Source: Phoronis australis
Taxonomy: Eukaryota; Animalia; Phoronida
Assembly: GCA_002633005.1 (NCBI GenBank)
Contig: NMRA01000653.1
Location: 124,001-188,000, forward strand
Direction of reading: 5' to 3'
DNA length: 64,000 nt
Shown here: piece by piece, positions 38,766-54,349 of the stretch
Position numbering within the stretch: the first letter of the stretch is position 1
Layout of the letters: each line of letters opens with the position of its first letter
Notes under the pieces: generated by a model
What the model saw: only the letters and a program-made list of their open reading frames with translations
The model's database searches: none
Told to the model about the DNA's origin: nothing
Translations under genes and position numbers: made by a program

Positions 38766-41700
38766 GTTTTTATATATGAGAATTTTAAAGACAGCCTCCA
38801 GCGGCTAAAACACCTTTTTGACACCAGAAATGCAAGTATTGTTCGTAACATACCACGGAAAGTAATTAATTACAACGCAAATTACACCGCTGATAATTCG
38901 TAGCCCCTTCGAGCGCCCCTGAAAAAATCCCAACCAATCAGCGTAAAGTGGTTTAGATGGTATCGTGGCCACGAAATTACTCGGAAGTCACACTGCGTAA
39001 CAGCTGACGTTCTGTACTTGTCGATCTCTGGACTACAGACTTTCTTCGTTACAAAACTCAAAAGGCGGAGAGTAATGCTAGAAAATGACGTTTATTAGAC
39101 TGTTTTTCACTTAAACGACTGGCAACAGGCAAGGCGAGTGTCCGAATTGTCTCCCAGAGTTTGCAAGCACCCCGTCGGTCGTTGGCTCTGCGATATACCA
39201 AGTTTCACGACGAGGTGACTAACACAACTCATACCCGGCCTGTATGAAATTTCGTGGTCTAACGGAGTTCAATTCACAGTGTTACCTAGCTGTATTTTGG
39301 CGATAGTCTTCAAACAGCTAGCTGGCTGGCTACAAAAAAATCTTTAATGCGCACTTCGACGATTCGCATTACTGTTCCGGCCCGGCGTATAGGAAATCCG
39401 GCCCAAATCGGAATATCCTGACCGATTTGGGTCGCTACCGTAGGCCTAATCGAATTCAGATACTGAATTTAAAACGTTCAATTGATTATAATTTCTTATA
39501 GTTCGGTAAGTTTCCATGCAATCCAGACTTTATTTCTTAGTTTCAATTTATTACAGACACTCACAACGTTGTGTTGCTATTAAATTTTCAATTTGTTTAG
39601 GTTCATCGAGTCAAAATGGCAGCGATTGTGAGTTGCAGCATTTCAAGGCGAATTATTTTGAAAATTGAGTTTCTATTATAAAATTTTCAATGAATTTGAA
39701 TATAATTGCTTTGTACGAAAAGATTAAGCTGATACGTGTTGTAACGTTTCCACGTATTTTGCACCAAATTAAACGGCCTATTCCAATACGGGACACACAC
39801 TCGACAGCGGCCCCTATCGGAATCGCGCAGCGTTTACACCTTCGGCTTCAAGAAGACATGAATGCAAAGTTCCTAACATCAAAATTTTTGTATCAAGCAA
39901 ATTACACTATATAATAAACATTGTGACATTGCCTGATAACAATTCGGACGAAGCGTTTTGATTTTCCGGCTGTTTCAGCTACCCCAGTCACACTCCCGGG
40001 GATTCCCATGCGGGCCCGTATTAGAATGTGTGCTAAATGATTGAATAAAAAAATATTATTAATTGACATTAAATGAACAATTTCCTTGTTTTTCCATTAT
40101 TTTGCACTAAATTAAACGAGCAGTTATTGCTGATTCCAATACTATGGAGACACGCTGAAAGCCAAATTCGTTATAACGATGATGTCATAGACTTCGATTA
40201 GTGCAAGCGCCATCTCAAGTTTTTTGGCGCTAAATGGGGTTCGTGATGGGGCTACTGTATTGTCAAAGGCCTACTTAATTAACGACTATGGTATGCCATG
40301 ACACAGTATTTTATGTTTTTCATTAATAAATGTATTTTAGATGTAAAAATAACCATTTTGGCACCATATTAGGCCTTTAACCTTTATCTGAAAAAGTCAA
40401 AAGTTCAGAGCCGGGAGATTGAAAAATACCACGACTCTAATTACGGGTTATTCAACACACAGGCGTAATTTATGAAGCGCCAAAGGGTTCTTAAAGGAGT
40501 ACCTCCCTGCGCGTAGAAATGTATTTAATATAGGCTTACGCGTATTTTTAATCAGTTCATATAGTCCAATCACGCCCGTGCTGTCAAATTAATTGATTAA
40601 GAGCAGAACGATGATCGTTTAATTTCGCGTAGATTAGCATATTTCTACGCTCTGAAAAGTACTCTTTCTCGCTTCATACAAATTGACGCGCTAACGTGTA
40701 AATACCGTACGCTGACAGGTTTGGAATTCCATATCTTTGGCCTGTTTCCTGTGAACATAAAATAGCACAGAAAATAACAATTAAATGTAGTTTCATATTC
40801 TACCAATAGGTGCAGCGGTGTGATTTAAAAAGTACTGTTATATTGCGCTATTTTGCTCGTTTCTTATGGTTAATGTGACCATAGATATCAATAGAACAAA
40901 GTTAAACATTACAAAGCCTGAACTCAGACATAACTTACGGCACAATGTATGTGAACTCTAGATTTCGACATTTTGTCATTTTACGGCAAGTTACTCGAAA
41001 ATATAACTGTAAACGCGGAAACTTTTTACATTTATTTTTGAAAAGCACACTTATGAATGATATTTGTCAAAGCACTAACGTACCTTACAGTTCAAGGCCC
41101 ACTTTCTGAAAGTAGGCTTACGAGCGCGCCTCGTGCAAAAATTTCACGCGCCGCTCCCTTTCGCGCAAGGCACTTTGTCAGGCCATTGTTTACAGTTGAG
41201 AAGTGCCAAATTCATAAACGTTTCTACTTAGGCTAAATTTACAGTCTTCATAATCAAGGAGATCAGGTATGAACGTTATGCCTACTTGCTACATGGGGGT
41301 CCCAGAAAAATGACCATATTTGACTTACTTCGGAACTTCAGATCTCAGAAATGGCTCAGAAGATTCGCATAAACCTTTCAGATAGGCCAATTAAATCGAG
41401 TGTCTTGCATTGGCGCTAGTTCACTTTGAAATGATAGGCTGTCAAAAATTGGACTTGCATTTATTTTAGTAGGCCTAAAGATCATGGTTGCCACGACTAA
41501 CAAGAGAGGAAGTAGGCCTAGTGAGCTATATTTAGTCCTTTAGGTGTGATCATATACTATCTATGGTGTGATAGACAATATTGTCATTGACAAGTCTGCT
41601 AGCCCCATCTACAGCAGCTTTATAAACTCGTCTGAGAACCTGTTTTTTATTCAGATCACTTAGAGCAGTAAATTTGGTCTCAACTTACTCCTTGGTGAAA

Positions 41701-42054
41701 AACGATTTCTGATTTCCAAAGAACCGACAGTTTGTTGACAAAGACGGCATGCTCGTCATAGAAACCATAGTCTATGATAATATCGTGACGAGCCAACGTA
41801 TAGAGCCTCATCTCAACTTGTAACAGTTCTTTCGCAGACATGCAATCATCTCTTACTTGAATAAGAAACAATTTGAGACCAAGCTGAATAAAACAATATG
41901 TCGACTCAGGAAATGTAAGGTCAGCATTTTTGAAACATTTCATCTTTATCAATTATATCAAGAGAATTTGGACACGTTACTGTTACCGTTGGCTTGCTAT
42001 GAATGTACCTTTTGGTTAAATTTCACTAAGGAGACATGATCAGTAATTCAAATA

Positions 42055-42850
42055 ATGTCAGATTGTCGTTTAGCCAAAATCAAATTTTACGGACCTCATT
42101 CTTTCAGAAAGTCAACATATACTCGTATATACTGTTACTGAGATAAAGCGGACATAATCCCATCTTCCATAAAAAATACCGTTATGAAATTGGTCTTATA
42201 TTGTTCCTAAATTGAATTAGAGGTGATTTCAGGACTTTAGTTTGCGGACCCCGAGTCCTCTACTTTTAATTCCTACTACTGCGTCACAGTTCCTGCTTCA
42301 TCGTAATTTTGTTAACCAAATACCTCCGCCCTTCTCGTGTGCCTTCAGTTGTAAGCTTGTAGTCCTAACCTCCATCACGTGTTTATTGTAAATGTCAAAA
42401 CGGTCCAGGTCATTTGTAATTTAAAGTAGTTTTGGATTCAGATTGGCGTTTAGTCAATAATCAAATTTTACGGACTTAATTCCTTTGGAAAATCAATAAA
42501 TATATATATACTCTGAAACAGGTTATAAACCCATCTTCCATGAAAAGTTAGTGTAATTAGTCTCGGTTCATAGTGTTCCTCTTAATCGAATTGGAGGTTA
42601 TTTTAGGGTTTTTACTTTGTGGATCTTGAGCCCCACTACTTTTTCCTATCACTGTCTTACAGTTCCTTTTAGTTCATGGCCCTGAGTCCTCTACTTTTAA
42701 TTCCTGTTACTGCGACGCAGTTCCTGCTTCGTCGTAATTTTGTTAACAAAATATTACCGCCAATCTCGTGCGAGTTCAGTTAGTTGTAACACCTTGTTTA
42801 TTGTAAACGTCAAAACGGTCCGGGTCACTTATTATTTGAAGTAGTTTTTC
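42055..42850 (+). repeat. Old diverged tandem duplication (unit about 380-430 bp)
   Basis: cagattg.cgtttag..aa.atcaaattttacggac and gagtcctctacttttaattcct...gtcaaaacggtcc each occur twice, with no N at the join. Confidence 0.75.
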
Positions 42851-43946
42851 ATTCTACCACTACCTGGCGTTGGCATTTAAAAAGGTTATTTTGACCTATT
42901 TTGTTCCTTTCATTTGTTAGGTGTGGCAAACAATATTTAAATGTCAATAATTTTTATCAATAATGACACATTGCACACAAACTCCAAATGTCAAAACTTT
43001 CAACAAAATTCATTGGAAAATTACAAAAAAAATCGCAGGATCTTTATACATTTCAAAAAGTGCACCTATGAATGAGGAGGAAAACTTTAAAATGAAATTT
43101 CTAGGTGAACGTGCTCACGAAGCGTTTTTTGAAGCTCCTACAGCTCAGGGCCCACTAACTGACACTCCGTAGGTGCTTGAGTCCAGGCGTTTTACGCTGG
43201 TTAGTCAAAGCGTGTCATTTTATACACCCAACATATAAAGGGATAACGAACACAGTTATTGCTTTGCAAACCCATGAGTCGAGAAGTTGAATTCTCTTAT
43301 TGGACGGAACGGGGGTTTGTACCCGCTTAATTTGCATAGTTTTTAAGTGTTTGGCTAAATGCATAGCTTTGTTGGGATGCTCCCACATAACCAAAGAAAC
43401 CCAGCAGAGCTCACGCATTCCTTTCTTGTTTGTAGTGACAACCATAAATGGTCTTTGCGGTTGTCAAACTTGGAGCCACTTTCGGAACGCAAATCCGCTA
43501 AGACATCGAGAGTGAGTGGGTTCCGTGGACCCAAGGCATTAGCCATTCACTTGCGGCGAGAAATCATCGCTTATGGAACTTAAAAACGTGTTACACGTTT
43601 CTCTTCACTTCAGTAGAGCACAATCAGTGATCTTTGCAACCAATGTGTAGTTAACAATAAACTACAGATCAAAAACTAAATACAGATGTTAAGAATTATA
43701 GTCAACTCAAGGCAAAAGGTGTTGCTGTGGTGATGAAACATGATTGTTTCAGAAGTGTTGTTGGCTTGTGGTTTCGGTAATTTTTATGTAAATAATTATA
43801 ACTTAGCTAAGCGTTTCATTAAAATCGTCCCACCATTCGCTAGTCTTTATTTATTCAAAGTAGACACATCGTTTCATTTTAAAAATACCTATTTTCAAAT
43901 GTTTTTCATTAGCAATAGGTAAATTTTATTGCTTCGTTTTGTTAAT

Positions 43947-44030
43947 TTACGCAAATTAGGTCACAGGTCACGAGGCAGGTTCCAGGTCAATTTCCATCCT
44001 TTACTTCCCTGATCTGGAAAGTCACTTTCC
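43947..44030 (+). promoter_or_regulatory. Candidate cis-regulatory cluster (C/EBP-like site, perfect DR1, extra AGGTCA, GGAAAGTCACTTTCC palindrome)
   Basis: TTACGCAA 43947-54; AGGTCAcAGGTCA 43958-70; AGGTCA 43984-89; palindrome 44016-30. Motif evidence only. Confidence 0.3.
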
Positions 44031-45806
44031 TGTTGTGAGACAATAACATCACTCATGCAAGAAACCTCTTCCTCTAGTCGGAGTTGATTGTTATTGCCAT
44101 CAAAAACGAGGAGGGCGACCAGCCAGGGTGACACTATTTCGTATCCAACCGGATCACGCGTGACAGAATAATTGCGTTTACGAAGACTACAACACTCCCT
44201 GGGAGTCTGTGAGTCTCCGGTATTTTTATTATTCTACCAACTGAAGAGTACAATTTCCAGCAGTTCCAGCATATCTCCATTATTTTCTGCATTTCGTTAT
44301 CATTAAATCTTCAAAAACGAAATACCGTCTTTTGTCTGCAGCTGTACAGCATCCTTGGGTACAAACGAAATATCCATTGCGAGATTTTTATGATTTCGTA
44401 ATTCAGTTTGTGATATTCACTTGAAAATAAAGTCATGATTTTTCAGAATTCGTTGTTACTATGAATGTTCGGTTTTGAAGAATTTGCTTGACGAAAAGTG
44501 ATTGTTTCACACCCCTAACAACTTTAAATTGGAGGCAAACAATGTGGCAATAGCTTGTTTGTTTGTATTAACATATTCTTAACACGTCAAAATTCATCAA
44601 AACGTAGTTTTTTTTTTCAAATCAGAAGCCCCTGCCACGCCATCTGTGAACCGAACAGATTAAGAGATCACGTTTTTTTTCTAAAAACTAAGACTTACTA
44701 TTGATTTTCTATTTACGATGCTGATTTGACCCAAAGTAATTTCCCCTAGAGAAGTGGCAACAGTTAGAATCAAGATGATTGAATCTACTGGACTACAAGA
44801 CTAATATCATGAAGAATTGGCTAGATAAAATCTCATCTTTGAAGCGAGTGAGGAAAATTAAAAGGGATCCATTTACGAAAAAGTGGCCTTTTCTCCACGT
44901 AGTGAAATCCTTTTGCAGGTGTTTAACCCTACAAAATGCTTATTCGTTAAATAAAAAATATAAAAAACATCTTACGATCTTTTTTCTTTCTAACACATCA
45001 ACCATTCTGTTAAGTTCTGTTGCAAATAGCGGACGAGTTTTGTATAGTAACCATCCAAAAATGAACAATCGTAGAACGTCAGAAAAGACACCCATTTGTC
45101 GGGAATCTGGGTGTGGAGAAGTCATTCGAGTGGCATGTTTCGTATATGTAACCATAGGCTCAGAATTAGTCCTGTCATTGCTTTTTGTGTGGTTTTGAGT
45201 TCTGATACCGGGGACAAGGATTGGCAACCTTATTTGTAGCCGTGGGGTGGCGGAATTATCCGATGCGAGCGGCGCTTTCAAGTAGTTTGCAGAACAGCGA
45301 TTCAGTGAAATTGAAGTGATTGTTTCCACAACTTTGAAATGTGGCTTTCATTGTTTTTTCCTCACTGTGTCCTATTTAGCCATTGTACTACACTATACAC
45401 AAATTCATTCCCGCATAGTCTACCAAACAATCCCGTCGCCCAAAGTAGATCGTTCATTGGTTTACCGACGTTAAAGCTTCATTTGGAGCAGTCTTTTTTG
45501 CAAGTGAAGCAAAACTTGAACGAACTGGCATATTTCACTAACCGCTTTCCTTGCACAGTTTGCTGGTTACCGGTGTCGAGCTATGTGCTTAGCTTACTTT
45601 TGTGGCAGACGACTGAGCGCCGAGCAAGTCATGGTACAACAACACATAGTACGACGTCTCATGTCCATTGTTTGCGGAGTCATTGCGCTACGGTCAACAG
45701 TTTCCTCATCCTTGTTTTGAAGGCACTTATTTCGTGTTGATCAAGGAGGCTTTTGCTCGGTATGGGACTTTTCGCATCGAGAAATGGGTAGGCAGCGTAC
45801 CACCGG

Positions 45807-48800
45807 TAGATTCACTGATGAAATCCAGACCGGCAAAGCAATACCTGAAGAACCTGGAAAAGATGTAATCAAGACAATATTAAAAGATGGCAATTCTTAC
45901 CAAAGACAATACCTGTTCCACTTCTTTGATTTTTCCAAATTGGACTGTGCCACAGAAAAAGAGACCACAATACTCTTGAGGGCAAAAATTCACTTCACTC
46001 CCGTCTCTTTTGTAAGCAAATTTCCTTCATGTCAATGATTTTCACTACCACGATTGTGTTAATTGACATGGACTTTTGTTTGCTGAATTGATATATTTTG
46101 CTGTTAGTCCTGAAAGACGCCGCGTTAATGCGCTGACTTCGAGTCTTTATAATGGTTCGACAGAGTACCTAGTTCACACTCAGCCACTGAGTGAGTTAGA
46201 AAGATAATGTGACCCAACCCTGTTCGCGGAGACTTGCGTGATCTCGTCAAACTCGCAAAGGTACAACCTCACTGAACGTACCGGTATCGAAAGTTATAAA
46301 TAAAATATCTGTTGACATGACTAGGAATTTTAACGTTGATGGCAGATGCAGCAATCTGCAAATAGAGTTGTGGCGTTTCTTACATAATCGGAAGTTAGAG
46401 AGCAGTTAAGAGTTTGCTGACACGCCACAAAGGATAAAGAATTTTAACAGTATCGTTTTGCTAGGTATGTTATAGTATTTCAGAAACAGGTTAAAATTCA
46501 AATTCGCAGGCGTATTTTGGGCGACTTTAATGCTGGTATTGTAGTGTAAAACGTGCGTGTAAGTTTATGAATAGATAGCGACACAACAGTGTTACTTTTG
46601 ACTGCTGCATATGAACCACGTAGACGAAGATTCTTTTATGGGTACCATTTTGTTCTGGTATCAAGAATCACCATCCCTATCTTTGTTAAAGTAGATCTAC
46701 TCTACCATTCATCAACGACAGTTGTTTTCGTGTCAAAAATCAAAAGAAATTGTTAGTGCGCTACCCAGGATGCTAGAATCTAGCAGCCAATATCACGAGG
46801 GACCATGCCTGTTAGCTGTATTCTCAAAACTGCAGAAAAACAACTGATTAAGATACATTACGTTTCCTGAAAAAGGAATTTTTACTCAACACAAGCCATA
46901 GCGGCATTTCAGAAGTTGGGGCATGCAGTGTTAATTCGTTGTTTAAATGTTTTCAAGGAGTCTTTTGCTTGAATGTCTAAAGTTTGAACTAAATTTTGCA
47001 GCTAAAACACGGTGAGCATTTTTATTTTAAAACCCGTTTTCTGTAACTAGTGTCAGATGCGAGTGTTACAGCCAGTCGAAAAAATGATATTCAGCACAGC
47101 CTTTACAGGTGAACGACCTCTCACTTGTATAAACATTCGTCATAGTGAATGGAATGGAAAGATTGTCAGATAAACTTTTACTAAAAAGTTAGTTAATTTT
47201 GTGTAGGAGCTGATTTCCTTAGCATTGATAATTTAAATGGTCATGGTATTTTGTTTGGAAATACCAAATGTAACAACAATATAAATATTGTAGTTTTGGT
47301 TTAAAAAAATTCCATATATCAATGTAGAATGCAGAACAAAATTCCGTTAATATCTGATGTCACTAGTATGAAAAACTATAAAAATATAAAATTTTCTATC
47401 AGCAAAATCAAAGGTACATTAGAAAAACACAACGAAAATTGAAATTTAGTACATTTATAACGCTGCTACATATACATGAATGTTTGTATTGCAATTATTA
47501 GTTTGTTACAGTAAATCTTTGAAAAAACGTTTATGTAGGACATTTGAAAAATGTCCAAATTTTTACTAACTTCTGAACATCTTTAATGGCNTAGATTCAC
47601 TGATGAAATCCAGACCGGCAAAGCAATACCTGAAGAACCTGGAAAAGATGTAATCAAGACAATATTAAAAGATGGCAATTCTTACCAAAGACAATACCTG
47701 TTCCACTTCTTTGATTTTTCCAAATTGGACTGTGCCACAGAAAAAGAGACCACAATACTCTTGAGGGCAAAAATTCACTTCACTCCCGTCTCTTTTGTAA
47801 GCAAATTTCCTTCATGTCAATGATTTTCACTACCACGATTGTGTTAATTGACATGGACTTTTGTTTGCTGAATTGATATATTTTGCTGTTAGTCCTGAAA
47901 GACGCCGCGTTAATGCGCTGACTTCGAGTCTTTATAATGGTTCGACAGAGTACCTAGTTCACACTCAGCCACTGAGTGAGTTAGAAAGATAATGTGACCC
48001 AACCCTGTTCGCGGAGACTTGCGTGATCTCGTCAAACTCGCAAAGGTACAACCTCACTGAACGTACCGGTATCGAAAGTTATAAATAAAATATCTGTTGA
48101 CATGACTAGGAATTTTAACGTTGATGGCAGATGCAGCAATCTGCAAATAGAGTTGTGGCGTTTCTTACATAATCGGAAGTTAGAGAGCAGTTAAGAGTTT
48201 GCTGACACGCCACAAAGGATAAAGAATTTTAACAGTATCGTTTTGCTAGGTATGTTATAGTATTTCAGAAACAGGTTAAAATTCAAATTCGCAGGCGTAT
48301 TTTGGGCGACTTTAATGCTGGTATTGTAGTGTAAAAAGTGCGTGTAAGTTTATGAATTGATAGCGACACAACAGTGTTACTTTTGACTGCTGCATATGAA
48401 CCACGTAGACGAAGATTCTTTTATGGGTACCATTTTTTCTGGTATCAAGAATCACCATCCCTATCTTTGTTAAAGAAGATCTACTCTACCATTCATCAAC
48501 GACAGTTGTTTATGTGTCAAAAATCAAAAGAAATTGTTAGTGCGCTACCCAGGATGCTAGAATCTCGCAGGCAATATCACGAGGGTCCATGCCTGTTAGC
48601 TGTATTCTCAAAACTGTAGAAAAACAACTGATTAAGATACATTACGTTTCCTGAAAAAGGAATTTTTACTCAACACAAGCCAGAGCGGCATTTCAGAAGT
48701 TGGGGTATGCAGTGTTAATTCGTTGTTTAAATGTTTTCAAGGAGTCTCTTGCTTGAATGTCTAAAGTTTGAACTAAATTTTGCAGGAAAAACACGGTGAG

Positions 48801-49373
48801 CATTTTTATTTTAAAACCCGTTTTCTGTAACTAGTTTCCGATGCGAGTGTTACAGCCAGTCGCAAAAATGATATTCAGCACAGCCTTTACAGGTGAACGA
48901 CCTCTAACTTTTATAAACATTCGTCATAGTGAATGGAATGGAAAGATTGTCAGATAAACTTTTACTAAGAAGTTAGTTAATTTTGTGTAGGAGCTGATTT
49001 CCTTAGCATTGATAATTTAAATGGTCATGGTATGTTGTTTGGAAATACCAAATGTAACAACAATATAAATATTGTAGTTTTGGTTTCAAAAAATTCCATA
49101 TATCAATGTAGAATGCAGAACAAAATTCCGTTAATATCTGATGTCACTACTATGAAAAAATATGAAAATATAGAATTTTTTATCAGCAAAATCAAAGGTA
49201 CATTAGAAAAACACAACGAAAATTGGAATTTAGTACATTTATAACGCTGTTACATATACATGAATGTTTGTATTGCAATTATTAGTTTGTTACAATAAAT
49301 GTTTGAAAAAACGTTTATGTAGGACATTTGAAAAATGTCCAAATTTGCCTAACTTCGGAACATCTTTAATGGC
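45807..49373. repeat. N-joined tandem duplicate (45807-47590 / 47592-49373)
   Basis: Single N at 47591; the 5' parts look identical and the 3' parts carry scattered SNPs. Confidence 0.9.
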
Positions 49374-52300
49374 TGATCGGATTCACATAAGACTTTCAGA
49401 AACTATGCTTTGTGCACTATTTTCCAAAACGCTGTTAAAATGCTTACATTTTTAACGAAGAATGATAAAAATAGACTCCTTTTGCTTGTTTTGGTTTGCT
49501 TTCCCGTAATGTATATACCTTCCAGCCATGAGTTTATTTGGGACCCAAAACATTCCAAACTCTGGGTGACCATATTCAGAGCATCGTATTGCAGAAATGG
49601 CTGGTCAGATTCACGTGAAACTTCCAGATACTATTCTTAATACACTGCTACCCAAAACGAATGCTCTACTTTTGCAAGAGAAGTTATAAAAAATAGGAAT
49701 TTTATGATTTTGAGAAAGAAATTCAGAAGTTACGTAAAACTAAAACGAAATGCTTATTTAGAAAACTGTAACAGCATTTTTTAAATTTCATCTTGAGCAT
49801 TGATATCAAAGTGGTCATATTATTGACACCGCTGCTTTGCTATCAAGGTACGTCTCGTTTTTGCTTAATTTTACTAAAAGCATAGTCACGTGACCCAAAG
49901 AATGACAGGCTGATAAAAGTCAAAAGTATTGTTTTGTTATCACTAGGACTCGGTCGTGCCTATGAACATGCATTTGTTTTGAGAATGGTTTAGTGATAAT
50001 AGACCGAAAAGGTTAATTAATACAATGTCTATGAAAATTGTTATTTACAATGAGCGGTTCACGAGTGATGCGTTATAACTTCTTGATAAGTGCTCCGCTT
50101 CTTTAGACAAAGTATCATTGTTATCATTCGGGTTCGTGGTATATAACGCTAAACACTATATAACAGCAATGGGCTCTTGCTGTCGCGTCACATTGCGATA
50201 ATTGTACCGAGATGTTGACGCCACGCAGCAGCCAAACCTTCCGTAACTAAACCCTTGGTGGTTGCCTGAATATCTGCGCCCTGGATCTACTCTTTTTAGT
50301 TGAAACCGAACTGGAAATTGTTTTTGGCATTTTCTATCCTACATTTGTGCGAATTCAAGATAAGTGTGTCAATTTTACTCGAGTTTGTAACTCAATACTT
50401 TTACTAGAAACTCACACTCATGAACCATAATGAACTCAAGCACTGACTAATCGCAACGTATCTTGAGTTCGCTCAAAAGTAGAACAGAAAATGCCAAGAA
50501 TAATCCCCGGCCCCCGGTAATATTACAACAGGCACACAGGTACAAGCTAAAGATGCGAAAACCGGTAGCAACTACAAACTTGAAAAAAGTCACTGAAGTG
50601 AACAACGGCTTGATTTTTGTTCATTTGATATTTTAGCTGGAAGAAATTACCATGGCAATACATTTTTTAGTTTGATCTTGTTTATCAGTTCGTTCCATTT
50701 CATTGAGCAACTCGACCGACTCGCAAATCGAACGTAACCCGCCTCCCGTTCAGTAACGCTAGGACCTAGCTTAAAAGCAAGACTTTGCGAGATTACGCGA
50801 GATATTGCCGTGTATTTTAAATAAGAGCACGTGACCTTGACTAGCGTAGGTCCTAGCGTCTACTGAACGCACGCCCGTATTCGGTCTCACCGGAAACTTT
50901 CACAGTCGTTCGAACTCTTTCACTTGAACATTTAACGCATATGCATAGTATTTTGTTTGTGCGGATGATTGAATGCTCGGGTGGATGAATTTAAGGTTCG
51001 CATGCATAAATGAATGTGTGACTTTTATATGCAAGTGGACTCTCTTCGTATGCATAATATTGTGGCTCCATGGTCCATATCCGGGAGTTGGCGTGGTTAA
51101 GATTATATCCAACCTTATTTAATGGCCTCTATTCTAACTCGTATATCAAAAAACTAAGCTTTGTCAACTAGCAAAAGTATATATTTTCTGAAAGAAGAAA
51201 GATTAGGAAATATGAAAATATTTTTATTAATGTACCATTACTACGATTACGTAAAAACCTTTCTTAAGTAAAAATTTTATTTTTAAGAAAGGTACATTCA
51301 TAGCAAAATAACCCTCGGTCGATTTTAATGAAACCTTTTTAAATGAAAACTTCACCAGTTACCTCAAAAACGCTGTTAGGAATTTTCGAATAGTATTTTT
51401 GATTGGTTTCTATGACAAATCAACTCGCAAAACGTAAGGTATCTTTGTAAAAACGGAAGTCTTTGTTACATTACTCAAAATTTGGCCTTTATATCGAAAA
51501 TCCGAACAGCGTTTTTGAGACTGATGACTAACTATTAATTTTGGAAAGTTTCAGCGAAATCCGTTTTCGAGAACTCGTGTACCTACGTTCCAATAAAGTC
51601 GATTTGCCGAAGCCGAAAAAAGCCGATTAAACAGGGAGAGTGAAAATCTCAAAGTCTTCCGTTAATTATTCGGAGAAAACTTGTTTTCGGTAAACATAAC
51701 CTAAACAAGCCTTAAATATGTTCGCTATTTCAACATTCACTCGGGATGTCAACTGATTTTGCAGTACGTTATTAACTTAATTATCATTAAAACGTACCGT
51801 TCCCAGCTAACTCTTATTCTTGTTTGAGACCTATTTACCCTATTTTATATAAATAGGTCACAGTTCACATAGCCTGTACACGTCACGTACTGGGAGACTG
51901 ATACAAAACCAAGTAAGAAATAGATAACAAAAATCAAATCGGTGGTTAAAGCACGTCGTTAGCATGAGATCAAAACATTGAAATGTTATTAATTGAATGA
52001 AGTTGTTAGGGTGAGGATTTATCTCTTTTCGCAACTTGCTGTGTTCATGACCACAAAGGCCTGAGGTGACCGTATGCATGTAGACGCACACTAAAACTAC
52101 GTTTTGTCTTTGTTTTCCCCGGCACCATTCTACCATAAGTACACCTCGTTGACTCAACGTTATGGCGATTTTATAAATGAAAGGGCTGAGGGTATACCAA
52201 GCTGTTTTGTACCTGGTGGGAGATTCGATTTGATTGAAAGGCCTTTAACCTTTAACCTCGAATAAGTAGTAAACAAAAAACACGCGGTTGTGCGGTTCCA

Positions 52301-54349
52301 AGGTGGTTCTGTTAATTTTTTTTCTCGCTACGCAGTATATGTTTTGTATTTGAAGTTCCCCTAGAATGAAGATAAGGTATTTTATTAGACACGTGAAATA
52401 TTGAAAAAGGCCATTTTTGTGAATAAGGATTTAGATAACCTTAAGCGGTTCGTGCAAACGATTCAAAATTCTTGCGTAGTTTTGCCGAGCACCCTTGTGC
52501 AGACAAAAAGCCTGACTTCCCTTGTATTGGTAAGAGCCACTGTGCAATGCCACTTAACGACTCAATCTAAGTACTCCGCTTGGCACTCCTGCAAATTTCT
52601 GTTTCTAAATAAAGAGACAAGTTGCTAAATTTGTAGCAGATGTCATGCGCACAGTTTGATACACAGGAAGCAACTCGGTGAGGTCCGCAGTCACGGCCGA
52701 AGAACCAATTGCCACTACAAGTGTTTTTAACATTTCGTACTATAAAAATGCATGGCGTAACTCAAAAAGAGTAGGACGGTTATTCCATTGAAAGAAATAG
52801 TCGACGGATTGTATCTTTTTAATCAATGTCTTACAAGGACTTGTAGCAATGTAAAAAATATTTTGAATTGATTTATTTGAAATAATCGAGAGAATGTTTT
52901 TGTGAGTTCAACTTTCGATTTTTATCCTCACTGCTAAGTGAACAGAACTGTTAGATCAATTTTGATGGGACTGGGAATACGGAGACCGAAAACCACAGCC
53001 AACATGGTCCTCAGCAACCATTAATTTAATCTTTCAACAAAAATATTTTTTTAAAAACTGGGATGCTGAAATTTGTTGGACTTTTTATGATCTTTGTGAA
53101 AAATACTTAAGAAACTGCCTAGTCGTTACGGCTACGTTTATGCTGACTTTAATAGCCCATCGCCGTCAACATCTATGTTATCTTCCAAATTTTTGAACAC
53201 CGGGTAAAAAAACAACTTCAAAGGTCAAAATGAATTACCAATCTGACGCAATGCCAAATGCTTAATACACTACAAGCGCGTATCTGATATCCAGCTCCGT
53301 CAAGGGGACACTGAGTGTCCGGAAGTTTAGTGATGACGTGTCATGGCAGTAAATGAAGTAATTTGGACCCGGAAATGAGAATAGACATGCTGCCAAACCA
53401 AATACTATAGAGAACAGATTTGCAACGTCGACATTTTCTTGCGTACTTTCCTAGAGTGGTGCCACTCTCCTTACCAATTTCAGTTTCGGGTTAGTGCATT
53501 GTGACAAAGATTCTCGCATCTATTTTACTGTCTAGTACAACGAAAAAAATGTTTGTCATTGAAACGCTGTTCAAAGTCTTCCAATGATAGATCTGTTGGA
53601 CTCGTGTGTACTTTTAGCACCCAATCACACAACAGCCGACCATGATTAGCAGAAGACGTGCTTGCAGGAACTAAAACTTGCTAATTTTACCAGGTGTCGC
53701 TAGTGAGTACGACGTGACGGCTTATGCGCAAGATCACAGATTTCGTCCATTGAAAATATACGGAGTTGGCGGTCCATGTACTATAGTTTATGGTCACACT
53801 GGGTCCAAAACGTAATAATGCTAAGCATTCCCATAGTATTCCTGGTAGTGCAATAACTTGAATCATTTTAGCACGCAAGAAAACAGCAAGAATTAGCAAT
53901 TTGTAATAAAATGAGAAAAATGTTAGATTTTGTTGTTTTAGCGCTCTGGTGAAAACTTATCACCTCAAAAAGCCTACCCTATCAAACAATAATCCAAAAT
54001 TGCATTTTCAGCCATAAAACCTAATGTGTCACCTTAAGGCTTGACTAACAACATAACATGTAAACAAACAACAACGGCAGTAAGAAGCATGCTCATTCCA
54101 TGCGAATTCTATTTCCGTGGGACGTTATCGTGTACATTACTACTATATATACATTATAACGTCGTACAAAAATGGCGAATGTGGTATCAAACGAGGGTGG
54201 TAAGAAGCGTGTATTGTATTTTTCAATCAATTGCTGTACAAGCTGGAAAACGTAAACGTCTAGTTATGAAATACGGGACAAAGACATTTATTTGCCTTGA
54301 AGGGATTCGTCAAATTTTATAATACTTTGCTTCATTTTCAGCTAATAAT

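Noticed and set aside
44779-46038. Cluster of 66-139 aa ORFs on both strands
   Set aside because: No recognisable motifs, overlapping and opposed frames, no splice structure; consistent with chance ORFs.
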